Assembly (NCBI GenBank): GCA_965263035.1
Contig: OZ253580.1
Location: 416,001-480,000, forward strand
Reading direction: 5' to 3'
DNA: 64,000 bases
DNA from: Acidobacteriota bacterium
Lineage (GTDB): Bacteria; Acidobacteriota; UBA6911; RPQK01; JAJDTT01
The notes under the pieces are model-generated. The model was not told the origin of the DNA. It saw only the letters and a list, made by a program, of their open reading frames with translations, and did no database searches. Both the position numbers and the translations under genes were made by a program. Below are positions 11,637 to 22,529 of this stretch, piece after piece. The stretch's first letter is position 1, and each line of letters starts with the position of its first letter.

Positions 11637-13139
11637 TCAATTGAACCGAATCGAATAGAGGTCGCCGTCCCGGACCAGAATCCGCAGACGAACGGCGCGG
11701 CCGGCCAAGCGGGACAGGTCCGAGCCCCGGTCCCAGGTGACGACCTGCTCGATGCTGTTGCCGTAATGCTCCACGGCCTGCATCAGACCGTATCCCGGCA
11801 AGGGATTTCCCGTTTCGTCCTGGATCTCCACTCGAACGCTTCCCGCCGCCGACGTGGCGTAGTTCATGACCAGGTTCTTGCCTCGGAAGATCAAAGGCCG
11901 GGTCACCAGTTCCCCGCCCCGGTAGGAGGCGTTGACAGAGACCAAGCCGTCGGCTCTCAGAACTCCCCGGCGCAAGTGGATGCTGGGGAGCCGGAAGTGA
12001 CGCAGGACATACACGGACATCTCATCGGACCCGGTGGACACCAGGCCGGCGGCCACGTAGTTGCTCCGGTCGGTCCAGTCGAGGGGATCCGAGCCGGGCC
12101 GGACAAAGCCTTCCAGGTAGCGCCGGTCCCAGTTCACACCGTCGCGGCTGAACATGAATACCGAGTCGGAGAGGCCGATCCCGCGCGTGGCATCGTATTT
12201 TTCGGGTAACTCGGAGCGGCGGTATTTCATCAGTCTCTTGGGAAAGGCCATGTAAATGTGCGGCGCCCTGAAATAGGGCGTCGCGGAGAAAGTGTAGAGC
12301 TGATCGGGCGGGGCGTCGCCCATGTCGATCCATTCCGGGTAGCTCCAATCGGCGAAGTCGGTGGAGGTCGTCACCCGGACGCAGCGGGTCCGCTCGCCGA
12401 GCCCCGGCGACAGGTACATGTCCCGCAGATAGGCCTGGTAACGCTCCCGCTCGGCGTCCCAGAAGATGACGTTGTGGCTGTCGAACCCGTTGATCATGGG
12501 GACCGTGGTCATGTCGTGCTTCATGAAGGGCTCGCTGCCCTTAGCCTTCCAATGGATCCCGTCGGCGGAAACGAGCAGGTAGAGCCCGCGGTTGATGCCC
12601 CCCACTCCCTTGTAGCGTTCCTCCGGCGCCACTTGCGGATTGGTGTCCCGAAAGGCGAAGAAGTTGCTGGTGGGGTTCCCCCAGTCCCCTGGGGGTCCGG
12701 TCAGGATGATGTTGTTCTCCTTGCTCCCCTGGAACTCGGCCAGGCCCAGCTTGGGCCGGGTCCAATTGGTGCCGTCGCGGCTCTCGGCATAACACGTGTT
12801 CATGGGCCACCCCTTGCCGCTGGCCGGCATGTCTCCGGCCCGCACGCAACGGTAATACATGCGGTAGAGGTCCCCATCCTGGAAGACGGTGATGTAGTGA
12901 TTGCCCGGTCCTTCCCAGGGGGCGTCGAACTTGAGTATCGGCTCGGTGAGCCGGGGCCGGTGCATGCGCAGCGAGAGACCGCCGCTCATGCTCTCGATCA
13001 GGTAGTCGTCGACGAAGGGCTCCAGGCGAGAGCCGATCTCGATGGGCTCGGTGGAAGTCTTGCCGCCCCCGCCGGCTAACGCTGCCGTTGAACAAAACAA
13101 CAAAGCAGCGAGCAGGGAAAATATCGACCGTGTCCTCAT
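11637..13139 (-). CDS. Secreted glycoside hydrolase-like (beta-propeller) protein
   Basis: Start at MRTRSIFSLLAALLFCSTAALA (signal peptide, GGAGG RBS); YAESRDGTNWTRP, SADGIHW and SRDGVNWDR Asp-box-like repeats. Confidence 0.7.
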   Translation of the reverse strand: MRTRSIFSLLAALLFCSTAALAGGGGKTSTEPIEIGSRLEPFVDDYLIESMSGGLSLRMHRPRLTEPILKFDAPWEGPGNHYITVFQDGDLYRMYYRCVRAGDMPASGKGWPMNTCYAESRDGTNWTRPKLGLAEFQGSKENNIILTGPPGDWGNPTSNFFAFRDTNPQVAPEERYKGVGGINRGLYLLVSADGIHWKAKGSEPFMKHDMTTVPMINGFDSHNVIFWDAERERYQAYLRDMYLSPGLGERTRCVRVTTSTDFADWSYPEWIDMGDAPPDQLYTFSATPYFRAPHIYMAFPKRLMKYRRSELPEKYDATRGIGLSDSVFMFSRDGVNWDRRYLEGFVRPGSDPLDWTDRSNYVAAGLVSTGSDEMSVYVLRHFRLPSIHLRRGVLRADGLVSVNASYRGGELVTRPLIFRGKNLVMNYATSAAGSVRVEIQDETGNPLPGYGLMQAVEHYGNSIEQVVTWDRGSDLSRLAGRAVRLRILVRDGDLYSIRFN

Positions 13140-13192
13140 GAGCTTACCTCCAGCATTGAGCATTCTCGCAGATCCGGGTGTCCTCCGCCGGG

Positions 13193-13627
13193 ATGAAACG
13201 GACAGGTCTTCGTCGTGGACACCAACTTCATCGTGTCCGGACTGATCGGTGCCGACCCGAGCAGCCTCCCGCACGTATCCTGGACGCCATGCTGGATGGC
13301 GATCTTCTATACCTGATGTCCAGCGTTCGGCTCGCGGAATACTCGTCCGTATTGCGCCGTCCGCGAATCGCCCGATGGCACGGCCGAGCAGACGACGAGC
13401 TGGACCGGTTGCTGACCGATTTGACGGCAAACGCCGGGTGGCGCCAGCCGTCCACGGATCCTCCAGCTCCGGAATCCGGCGACAACCATTTCTGGGCATT
13501 GCTCTCCAGCTGGCCGCATAGCCGGCTCGGTACAGGTGACCGGCTTCTCGTTGCGAACCCTCCGGCCACCGCCGTCATCGTAACTCCTCGTCAAGTGGCG
13601 GATACTTTCCTTCCAGCGAGGGAGTGA
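13193..13627 (+). pseudogene. Degenerate PIN-domain toxin
   Basis: N-terminal motif QVFVVDTNFIVSGL lies in a different frame from the rest (PPARILDA..LAEYSSVLRRP..DNHFWAL..GTGDRLL). Confidence 0.65.
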
Positions 13628-13965
13628 GAAGTTCCGCCATCGGTTCGTGCTTGGGAGATTTCATCGGAGAGCCAAACGAATTAATATTGTCGCCAGACGA
13701 TCGTGGCGCCGGTGTTCGAGCGGATCGGGAACGCGGGATTCCAGGGAATTGGAAGTGCTGGTGACACGGAGGGTGGCAAAGGAACGTTCATCGGTCTCCG
13801 GAGCGTACGACACAATAAACAGCACCTGGGGCCTAGCGGTACGGATTGTGCTGGGAGTTGACACAAGGTACCTGAAAGTCGTCGCAGATCCGACTCCACG
13901 CCTTCGACCGAGGACGTAACCATTTAAGGGTCTCAACGAGAAGAGACCCGCAGAGGAGGCTTACG

Positions 13966-15172
13966 ATGGCAATGGGCGTACCCGTGGCAGGCACGGCGCC
14001 AGTCGCCGGATCTCGCAGAGATGCTTGGTTGTTGAACTACATCGAAAGACGGTTGCAAGACAGCGCCATCGGTTTCGAGATGACAACTTCTGACGGGAAT
14101 ACCTACCGTTTCGGCGCCGGTCCGGCCAGCTTCAGGGTAAGTATCACGCATCCGTCCGGGTTGAGGGCGATCGCCTCGCTCGACGAGGGAACCATTGCAC
14201 ACGCCTATGTCGTCGGCTGGTTCGACGTCAAGGGCGACTTCATCAAGATCTTCGATCTGCGTGAGCAGCTGCATGACCGGCACCCGTTCCATTGGCTCTG
14301 GCGGTTCATCGCGCCCTTATTAATGGGGCAGGTCGCGCTCAACATTAATGGGGCAGGTCGCGCTCAACAAGTCGGCCATCAGCCGGCACTACGAACGGGA
14401 TCCGGAGTTCTTCCTTACGTTCCTGGACGAGAGTTTCCATTGCTACACCCAGGGCGTCTTCCTGTCGCCGGATGAGGAGCTCGACGTGGCGTTTCGTCGA
14501 AAGATGGATTGTGTCGTCGAAGAATGCCGGTTGGCCCCCGGCAGCCGGGTACTGGAAGTCGGCCCTGGCTGGGGCGCATTTGCGGCGCACGCTGCGCGCA
14601 AGGGGATCGAGGTTACGGCCGTCACGATTTCCAGGCAGTCGCTCGATTTCATGAATCGGCTGACCGCCGAGGAGGGTCTGCCGATAACCATGGTGATGTC
14701 CGATTTCCTGGAGTTCGAGTCAGAGCAACAGTTCGACGCCGTCGTGGTGCTGGGAATCATGGAGCATATGCCCGACTACCCGCGCGTATTGGCGCGTATT
14801 GACCAGTTGCTGAAACCGGGTGGCCGTGTCTTTATCGACTCCGCGGCCTATACCCGGAAGTACGAGATGTCGTCGTTCATTACGCGCCAGATCTACCCCG
14901 GCAATCATTCGTTTCTCGTACTCCACGATTTCCTGAAGTCGTTGGCGTCTGCTCCGTTCGATTTGAAGGGCGTGTGGGACGACCGGATCAGCTACTACTG
15001 GACAACCGTCGGTTGGGCCAGGCGCCTCGACTCCAAAAAGGAGCTCATCATCGAAAAATTCGGCGAGGTCGAATACCGGCGTTTTCAACTCTACCTGTGG
15101 GGATCCGCGCACTGCTTCCTGCGCAACCGGTTGCAGTGCTACCGGCTGGCACTGGAGAAACACCCGTCCTGA
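13966..15172 (+). pseudogene. Cyclopropane-fatty-acyl-phospholipid synthase-family SAM methyltransferase, frameshifted
   Basis: AISRHYE..FLDE..CYTQG..VLEVGPGWG..FITRQIYPG..FQLYLWGSA; split by a 25-bp tandem duplication at 14319-14368. Confidence 0.85.
14319..14368 (+). repeat. Perfect 25-bp tandem duplication
   Basis: ATTAATGGGGCAGGTCGCGCTCAAC x2. Confidence 0.95.
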
Positions 15173-15301
15173 TGCGGTCTTCCGGGATTCGTGCGGAAAA
15201 GCGGCATGGAGCGAACTTCCTGCCCTTCTCCCAGGTACCGGATCCGTACGAAATCTTGCCAGGCGCCGCCGCCTTGGCCCAAAATACCGTTGGCCCCCAC
15301 C

Positions 15302-17816
15302 ATGAAGCTTCAATCCGGAACCCTCCTCATCCTGATCCTGGCCGCCTGCCCTCTGATGGGCCAGGTCCAGGATGACGCAACGGCCGACGGGTCGTTGCTC
15401 TTCCGGGAGACCATTCAGCCGATACTCCAGAACCGCTGCCTGGCTTGCCACAACCAGAAGGTTCGCAGTAGCGGCCTCTCGCTGGAGAACCGCTCGGAGA
15501 TCCTCACGGGGGGAACTCGGGGTCCCGCCATTCTGCCCGGAGACTCGGAGCAGAGCCGGCTGATCCAGGCGTTGGCCCATTCGTCCGATCTGAATATGCC
15601 TCCCGGAGGCAAGCTGCCCGAGGCGGAGATCCACGCACTGCGTCAATGGGTGGTCCTGGGGGCTCCCTGGGACGAGCCGGGCGATTCCGGCAAGGGCGGT
15701 CACTGGTCATTCCGGCCCGTACGGCGTCCCGTGCCACCGCAGGTGTCCGACGCGCAGTGGGTCCGGAATCCCATCGACCGGTTCATCCTGGAGCGGCTGG
15801 AGGAGGAGGGCCTGGAACCGTCCCCGAAAGCCCCCCGGATCACGCTGTTGCGCCGCCTCAGCCTGGATCTTCTGGGCCTGCCTCCCTCACCGGCCGCCGT
15901 CGACGGTTTCCTTGCGGACACTCGCCCCGGCGCCTACGAGCGGCTCGTGGAGCGCTTGTTGGCTTCGCCCCATTACGGAGAGCGGTGGGGCCGGCACTGG
16001 CTGGACGCGGCCCGCTACGCCGACTCCGACGGGTTCTCCGACGGACCCCGGCAGATCTGGATGTACCGCGACTGGGTGGTCCGGTCCCTGAATCGCGACC
16101 TGCCGTTCGACCGGTTCACCATCCAGCAGTTGGCAGGCGACCTGATTCCGGATGCTTCCAAGAAACAGATCGTCGCCACCGGATTCCACCGGAATACCCT
16201 CCTGAACCAGGAGGGGGGCATTGACGTGGAGCAGTATCGCGTCGAGCGGGTCGTGGACCGGGTCGAGACCACCGGAGCCACCTTTCTGGGTCTGACCGTC
16301 GGTTGCGCCCGCTGCCATGACCACAAGTACGATCCCGTCTCTCAACAGGAATTCTTCCAGCTCTATCTCTTTCTTCAACAACATCGAGGAGAGGAGCCCC
16401 GAACTGGAAAAGACGGACCGGCCCCGTCACTGGCCCTTCCTGGAGTTTGGGAGCGACGAAGAGTTCACCCGGCGAGACATCATCCGGAGTCAGGTGGCGC
16501 TCCTGGAGGAAGAGCTGAAGACCTACGAGAAGGAGCTTCTGGCCCGTTTGCCGCAATGGGAAAAGGAACTGGACCCGGAGCGGCGCCGGGCGTTCCCTCC
16601 CGAGGTTCAGAGGATTCTGGCGCTCCCGGCCGAGGAGCGGAACGAGATTCAACTCAAGACGTTGCATCTGCTCCACAAGGAACAGGATCTGGGCCATTCG
16701 ACCCGGAAGGCCGGCATCGACTCCCTGAAGCAGGCCGAACCGAAGTTGCCCAGCACCCTGGTGATGAAGGAACTGGCGGAGCCCCGGGAGGCCTATATCC
16801 ATCTGGGAGGCGAGTTCACCCGCAGGGGAGACCCGGTCCAGCCGGACGTGCCCGCCGTCCTGCCTCCGCTGAAGGCCCAATCCAGACCCAATCGGCTGGA
16901 CCTGGCGCGGTGGTTGGTGGACCCAGGACATCCTCTCACCGCCCGAGTCACGGTGAACCGCATCTGGCAACGCTACTTCGGGGCCGGCCTGGTGGACACC
17001 GAGAACGACTTCGGAATTCAGGGGACCCGTCCCTCCCACCCGGCACTCCTGGACTGGCTGGCCTCGGAACTGATTCGCAAGGATTGGAGCCTGAAGGCGA
17101 TGCACCGGCTGATCGTCACCTCGGAGGCCTACCGGCAGTCGTCCCGGCACCGGGACGATGCCGCCAAGCTGGATTCAGCCAATCGGCTGCTGGCCCGGCA
17201 ACACCGCCTGCGCCTGGAGTCGGAGGTGGTGCGGGACGTGTCCCTGGCCGCCAGCGGTCTATGGAACCGGGCCCTCGGCGGCCCCCCCGTCTTTCCTCCC
17301 CAACCTCAGGGGAGCAGCCGTCTGGGCCATTCCAAGCGAGCCTGGATGACCAGCCAGGGTGAGGACCGGTTCCGCCGGGGCCTCTACACCCATTTCTGGC
17401 GCTCGACGCCACATCCCGCCCTGATGGTCTTCGACAGTCCCAACGGAATCACCACCTGCACCCGGCGGAGCCGCTCCACCTCGCCCCTGCAGGCGCTGAC
17501 CCTGCTCAACGACGAGGCCTTCTACGAGTTCGCCCAAGGCCTTGCCCACCGGGTACTCAGGGAGGGCCCGGACCAGGACGCGGAACGCATCGACTACACC
17601 TTCCGCGTTTGTCTATCGAGACCGCCCAGCGCAGAGGAGAGCGCTCAGTTGATGCGCTTTCTGGACCACCAGAGGAACGATCTGGCACGGCGCCCGCGGG
17701 AAGCCCGATCATTGCTTTCCCTGGAATCGGAGGACGAAGATCCGCAGGAACTCGCGGCTTGGACCCTCCTCTCCAGCGTGCTCCTGAACCTGGACGAGTT
17801 CATCACCCGGGAGTGA
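15302..17816 (+). pseudogene. Second planctomycete cytochrome c / DUF1549 / DUF1553 gene with a 1-nt insertion (or read error)
   Basis: CLACH and CARCHDHKYDP in frame 1; continues SFFNNIEE..LLNLDEFITRE in another frame after one extra C near 16367. Confidence 0.85.
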
Positions 17817-17821
17817 ACCCC

Positions 17822-19273
17822 ATGCAGAGCTACGAACCCTGGCATCTTGCGGAGACACGGCGGCACTTTTTCAGCCGTTGCTCCCTCGGTTTGGGACAGG
17901 TCGCCCTGGCCTCCCTTCTCAGTGACGGGCGGCTCCTCGCCGGGAAACCGGATCTGGCGAATCCCTTGGCGGCCCGGGATCCCCATTTCCCCGCCAAAGT
18001 CCGAAACGTCATCTATCTCTACATGGTGGGAGGACCCAGCCAACTGGATCTCTTCGACCACAAGCCGAAGCTCCGGGAATTGGACAGCCAACCACTTCCC
18101 GATTCCTTCCTGAAGGACAAGCGCTTCGCTTTCATGGACTTCTTCACCAAAGAGAAACCCCGGCTTCTGGGTTCGGAACGGGAGTTCGAACCTTACGGCC
18201 AATCGGGCAAGACCATCTCCGAGTGCCTGCCCCACACCGCGTCCGTCGTCGACGACCTGGCGTTCATCTCCACCGTCTCCACCGACAACTTCAACCACGG
18301 GCCGGCCCAGATCTTCAGCAATACCGGGTCTCCGCGGCCCGGGAGCCCCAGCATGGGTTCCTGGATCAGCTACGGCCTGGGAACCGAGTCCCAGGACCTG
18401 CCCGCCTTCGTGGTCCTCCAGTCCGGCCGGCAAGGTCCCCGAGCCGGCGTCTCCAACTGGGAGAGCGGCTTTCTCCCCACCATCCACCAGGGGATCCCCT
18501 TCTTCAGCAGCGGCGATCCCATCCTGAACCTGGCGAGTCCCGCCGGTATGAGCCGGCAGCGGCAGGCGAGCCGGGTGGAGGCGATCCGCAACCTGAACCT
18601 GGCCCGGTTGGCCGAGACGGGGGATCCCGAGATCGCCACCCGGATCGCTTCCTACGAGATGGCCTACCGGATGCAGACCAGCGGTCCGGAGCTCATCGAC
18701 TACTCCAGCGAGACCCGGCAGACCCTGGACCTGTACGGTGCCGAACCGGGAGCCCGGTCATTCGCCAACAACTGCCTTTTGGCCCGGCGCCTGGTGGAGC
18801 GGGGGGTCCGTTTCGTCCAGCTCTACCACGCCGAGTGGGACCATCACGGAAACGCCCACGTGAACCTGCAGGAGGGGCTGGACAAGGTCACCAGGCAGAC
18901 CGACCGCCCCTCCGCGGCCCTGGTCCGGGACCTGAAACAACGAGGACTCCTGGATTCCACGCTGGTGGTCTGGGGAGGAGAGTTCGGCCGGACTCCCATG
19001 GGGGAGAAACGGGACTCCGTCGGACGCAACCACCACATCGACGCCTACACCATGTGGTTCGCCGGGGGCGGCATCCGGCCCGGTCAGACGATTGGAAGGA
19101 CGGACGACCTGGGCTTTTCTCCGGTGGAGGATCCGGTCCACGTCCATGACATCCACGCCACCATCCTGCATCTGCTGGGACTGGATCACACCCGGCTCAC
19201 GTTCCGTTTCCAGGGACGGGAGTTCCGTCTCACCGACGTCGCCGGCAACGTGATCGAGAAACTGTTGGCATAG
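17822..19273 (+). CDS. DUF1501 protein
   Basis: TRRHFF leader, VIYLYMVGGPSQLDLFDHKP, WGGEFGRTP; paralog of 7501-8952. Confidence 0.92.
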   Translation: MQSYEPWHLAETRRHFFSRCSLGLGQVALASLLSDGRLLAGKPDLANPLAARDPHFPAKVRNVIYLYMVGGPSQLDLFDHKPKLRELDSQPLPDSFLKDKRFAFMDFFTKEKPRLLGSEREFEPYGQSGKTISECLPHTASVVDDLAFISTVSTDNFNHGPAQIFSNTGSPRPGSPSMGSWISYGLGTESQDLPAFVVLQSGRQGPRAGVSNWESGFLPTIHQGIPFFSSGDPILNLASPAGMSRQRQASRVEAIRNLNLARLAETGDPEIATRIASYEMAYRMQTSGPELIDYSSETRQTLDLYGAEPGARSFANNCLLARRLVERGVRFVQLYHAEWDHHGNAHVNLQEGLDKVTRQTDRPSAALVRDLKQRGLLDSTLVVWGGEFGRTPMGEKRDSVGRNHHIDAYTMWFAGGGIRPGQTIGRTDDLGFSPVEDPVHVHDIHATILHLLGLDHTRLTFRFQGREFRLTDVAGNVIEKLLA

Positions 19274-19322
19274 GCAGGACGCACCCTTTGTCTTCACGGG
19301 CTCCGGCCGCACCACCGAGGTC

Positions 19323-20981
19323 ATGAAAGCCGCCATCTATCGGGGTATCGGGCGAATCGGTCTGCAGGAAGTGGAGCGGCTTCCCCCTCCGCCCGGATAC
19401 GTCACCATCGATACGCGGCAGACGGGCATCTGCGGCAGCGACCTCCACGTCTACCGGGGACACTGGCCTCAGCCCGCGACCTTGGCGCTGGGGCACGAGA
19501 CCTCCGGCGTCGTGGTGGAACTGGGCGAGGGGGTCTCGGGAGTCGAGCCCGGAGACCGGGTCGCCATCGAGTGCTTCTCCCACTGCGGGCGGTGCCGCTA
19601 CTGTCGGGGCGGCCACTACAATCACTGTCTGGAACGGCAATGGGTGTCGCAGGATACGCACGGAGGTTTTTCCGAGTTCACGACCGCTCATGCCTCGGCT
19701 CTCTTCCGGCTCCCTCCGGGCCTGAGCTTTGAAGAAGGGGCCCTGGTCGAGCCCCTGGCCGTGGGTTGCCGGGCGGTGGGTCAGGCAGGCGCGACCTGGC
19801 GGGATCGGGTGGCGATCCTGGGCGGCGGAACCATCGGCCAGTGCTGCCTGGCGGCGGCCAAGGCAGCCAACGTGCGGGAGACCTGGATCACCGTCAAGTA
19901 CCCGCAACAGGCCCGGCTGGCCAGAGATCTGGGCGCCGACCACGTGTTCGTGCTGGGTGGGAGCGACCTCGACGACTGGGTGAGCGATCTGGCCCGGGGT
20001 CCACGGCCGGACGCGGTGATCGAGACGGTGGGCGGAGGAGGCAATTTCGATCTCGCCCTTCAGATTGTCCGGCCCCGCGGCGTGGTGGTTCTGTTGGCCG
20101 GCTATCCGGAGCCGGTGGAGGTGGACCTGGGACGGGTTCTGGAATCCGAGGCGGTGGTAACCGGATCCCACTGCTACGCCTCGACCGGATTGGACACCGA
20201 CTTCGATCGGGTCGGGCGCAGGGGATTGCGCCCCTGCACCCTCCCACACCACCGGACGTACCGTTTTCAGTATCCGGCGGTTGGAGTCACCCGAGGCTCT
20301 TTCGAGCCTCGTACAGGGCCTTTCTTTCCGGTTTCCGCCGCCGCTGAGACTTGATCTCCGCCCTTCCGGCTTGCCGGGCTCCACCCGTGGGCCTTCCATG
20401 CCGGGTCCGAGGGGCCTCCCCCCGCCCCGTTTTCGGAGGTAGTTGCGATCCCGCTGACGAGTCCACCATAGGGCCAGTCCGACTCCTTCGGTCCTTCGCT
20501 CCACCGGCATTACCCGGCTTCTTCGCTACTACGACCTCTGCTGACTTCTCAAGGGCTCTCACCCTTGAGATCTCCCCGAGTAAGGTGCTGCATCTTTCCC
20601 CCCGGGCCGCCCGGCTCTACCTGATGCGTCTGGATGGGGTTCGGGTTTCGCTGTTGCTCGCCAGCTCACCGCCCGCACCCGGCCTCACTGCCGGTTCGTG
20701 TTCCTGCGGTCGTGGGTTTGCCTTCCGCTTCCTTCAGCTTCACCTCGCGGCTACGCCTTGCGGTTCGGCTAGGGTTGGTCCCATCACCTCCCTTGGGATC
20801 TTTCATCCCTTAGATACAGCCCATGTCGGGCGCACGAGCGGCCATCGACCTGATGGCCACCGGCCGGGTGGACGCGACCCGCCTCGTCACCCACCGGTTC
20901 CCTCTGGAAGCGGTCGAGGAAGCCTTCCGCGTCGCAGCCGACAAGTCCTCCGGGTCCATCAAGGTCCACCTCTGCCAGTGA
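19323..20981 (+). pseudogene. Zn-dependent alcohol/polyol dehydrogenase interrupted by an antisense group II intron
   Basis: GICGSDLH, LGHE, CGRCRYCRGGHYNHC, GGGTIG. Removing 20206-20835 restores DTDFG-AAIDLMATGRVDATRLVTHRFPLEAVEEAFRVAADKSSGSIKVHLCQ*. Confidence 0.92.
20206..20835 (-). mobile_element. Group IIC intron ribozyme without an RT ORF (630 nt)
   Basis: 5' GTGCGCCCGACATGG; IIC-like blocks GAAGGAAGCGGAAGGCAAAC, AGGAACACGAAC, CTTACTCGGGGAGATCT, GAGAAGTCAGCAGAGGTCGTAGTA; domain V AACCGCCGGATACTGAAAACGGTACGTCCGGTGGT; domain VI and end ...CCCGACCCGAT. Confidence 0.93.
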
Positions 20982-21190
20982 TCCAATCGCGGCCAGCGGT
21001 CTTGGGGAAAGTCGAATGCCGCCTCCTCCCCGAAAGGATTTCGACCGTGACTTCGCCGGGTCGCCGTACGGCATGGAAACTCATTGCAGAGAACCCGCAG
21101 AATGCGGACGGTGTGGACTGGAACTCACCCCCTCTGTTCCGTCGAGAAACCTAAATAGGTATCCTTGACGACGTAGAAGGCAACAGTCCC

Positions 21191-22528
21191 ATGCGGGTAC
21201 GACGTACTCCGGCCATGACGCGAAGATCGCTGTTGACTCGCGGACTTGCGGGTCTGGCGACGGCAGCTTGGACGAGTCGACCGACTTCCGGAGCCGCACT
21301 CGCCGGAACGGCCGGGTTCGAGACGCCAACGCAAGGCGGGCACGGGGATTCACACTCCTGTCCGGCGGACAATGAGATCGTCCTGGGCATGTCCGCCGCC
21401 TTTTCCGGCCCTTCCCGGGGCTTGGGCAGCGAGCTTTACCGCGGAGCCAAAGCCTACTTCAACCACGTCAACGACAACGGCGGCGTCAACGGCTGCCAGA
21501 TCCTTCTGAAGCTCTACGACGACGGTTATCAACCGGACCCCTGCGTCCGGAACACCATGGAGATCATGCTGGAGGACCGGGTATTCCTCCTGTTCGGCTA
21601 CGTGGGAACACCGACGGTGACGCGCGTGCTGCCCCTGCTCAAGAAGTTTCAGGACGAAAGGGTCTACCTCTTCTTTCCCTTTACCGGAGCCCAGCCCCAG
21701 AGGGAACCGCCCTACGGCGACTTCGCCTTCAACCTCCGGGCGTCCTACCGGCAGGAGACCGCCGGCCTCGTCGACAACTTCCTTCGCGTCGGCAAGAAGC
21801 GCATCGCCGTGTTCTACCAGGCCGATGCCTACGGCAGAAGCGGCTGGGCGGGCGTCCGAGCGGCTCTGGCAGCCCACGGCGAGCGACTGGCCGGTGAGGC
21901 CACCTACCGCCGCGGGCAGAGGTTCACCGGCACCATGAGAGCCCAGGTCGAAATCCTCCAGGCTGCTTCCCCCGACGCCGTGATCTGCATCGGTTCGTAT
22001 GCCGCATGCGCCGCGTTCGCACGCGACGCCGTGGACCTGGGCCTTCGCGTTCCCATCGCCAACCTCTCGTTCGTGGGGAGCGAAAACCTCCTCCAATTGC
22101 TCACCGAGGGTCGCGGCGACGCCGAGAGATACACCCGGTACCTGGTCAACTCCCAGGTGGTTCCCAGCTATGAGAACACTTCCATTCCGGCGGTGCGCGA
22201 GTACCGGGAATTGATGGAACGTTACGACCCCGCCGTTCCCCGGGAGCTGGTCAAGGAACCTTACAGTCCGTTCCCCCAGAGCTTCGTCAGCCTGGAGGGA
22301 TTCCTCGACGCCAAGTTGATGGCGGAGATTCTACGGCGCATGGGGGGCGGGCACGATCGAGCCAAACTGGAGAAGGCGGTCTTCTCGGTGCGGAACTACG
22401 ACCTCGGGATCGGCGAAAAGGTCTCTTTCGGACCCGACCGCCGGCAAGGGCTTCAGACAGTCTATTACACCGTCGTCGAGGGCGGGCGCTTCGTGACTTT
22501 GGAAGACTGGCAGAGTTGGGTCTCTTGA
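21191..22528 (+). CDS. Periplasmic ligand-binding protein (LivJ/Peripla_BP_6-like), Tat-like leader
   Basis: TRRSLL leader; IVLGMSAAFSGPSRGLG, GGVNG, YDDGYQP, GYVGTPT, FNLRASY. Confidence 0.85.
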   Translation: MRVRRTPAMTRRSLLTRGLAGLATAAWTSRPTSGAALAGTAGFETPTQGGHGDSHSCPADNEIVLGMSAAFSGPSRGLGSELYRGAKAYFNHVNDNGGVNGCQILLKLYDDGYQPDPCVRNTMEIMLEDRVFLLFGYVGTPTVTRVLPLLKKFQDERVYLFFPFTGAQPQREPPYGDFAFNLRASYRQETAGLVDNFLRVGKKRIAVFYQADAYGRSGWAGVRAALAAHGERLAGEATYRRGQRFTGTMRAQVEILQAASPDAVICIGSYAACAAFARDAVDLGLRVPIANLSFVGSENLLQLLTEGRGDAERYTRYLVNSQVVPSYENTSIPAVREYRELMERYDPAVPRELVKEPYSPFPQSFVSLEGFLDAKLMAEILRRMGGGHDRAKLEKAVFSVRNYDLGIGEKVSFGPDRRQGLQTVYYTVVEGGRFVTLEDWQSWVS

Positions 22529-22529
22529 G

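Noticed and set aside
13140-13499. 120-aa N-terminal extension of the 620-aa ORF
   Set aside because: Overlaps the PIN relic on the other strand; the signal peptide and RBS point to a start at 13139
13630-13960. Long leader upstream of the methyltransferase as a riboswitch or ncRNA
   Set aside because: Only a short hairpin (GGGTCTC..GAGACCC) is visible; no recognisable aptamer consensus, and an Rfam scan would be needed
20206-21154. Dehydrogenase tail to 20354 and the 267-aa ORF 20351-21154
   Set aside because: Both read through the antisense strand of the intron; the true C-terminus is at 20836-20981
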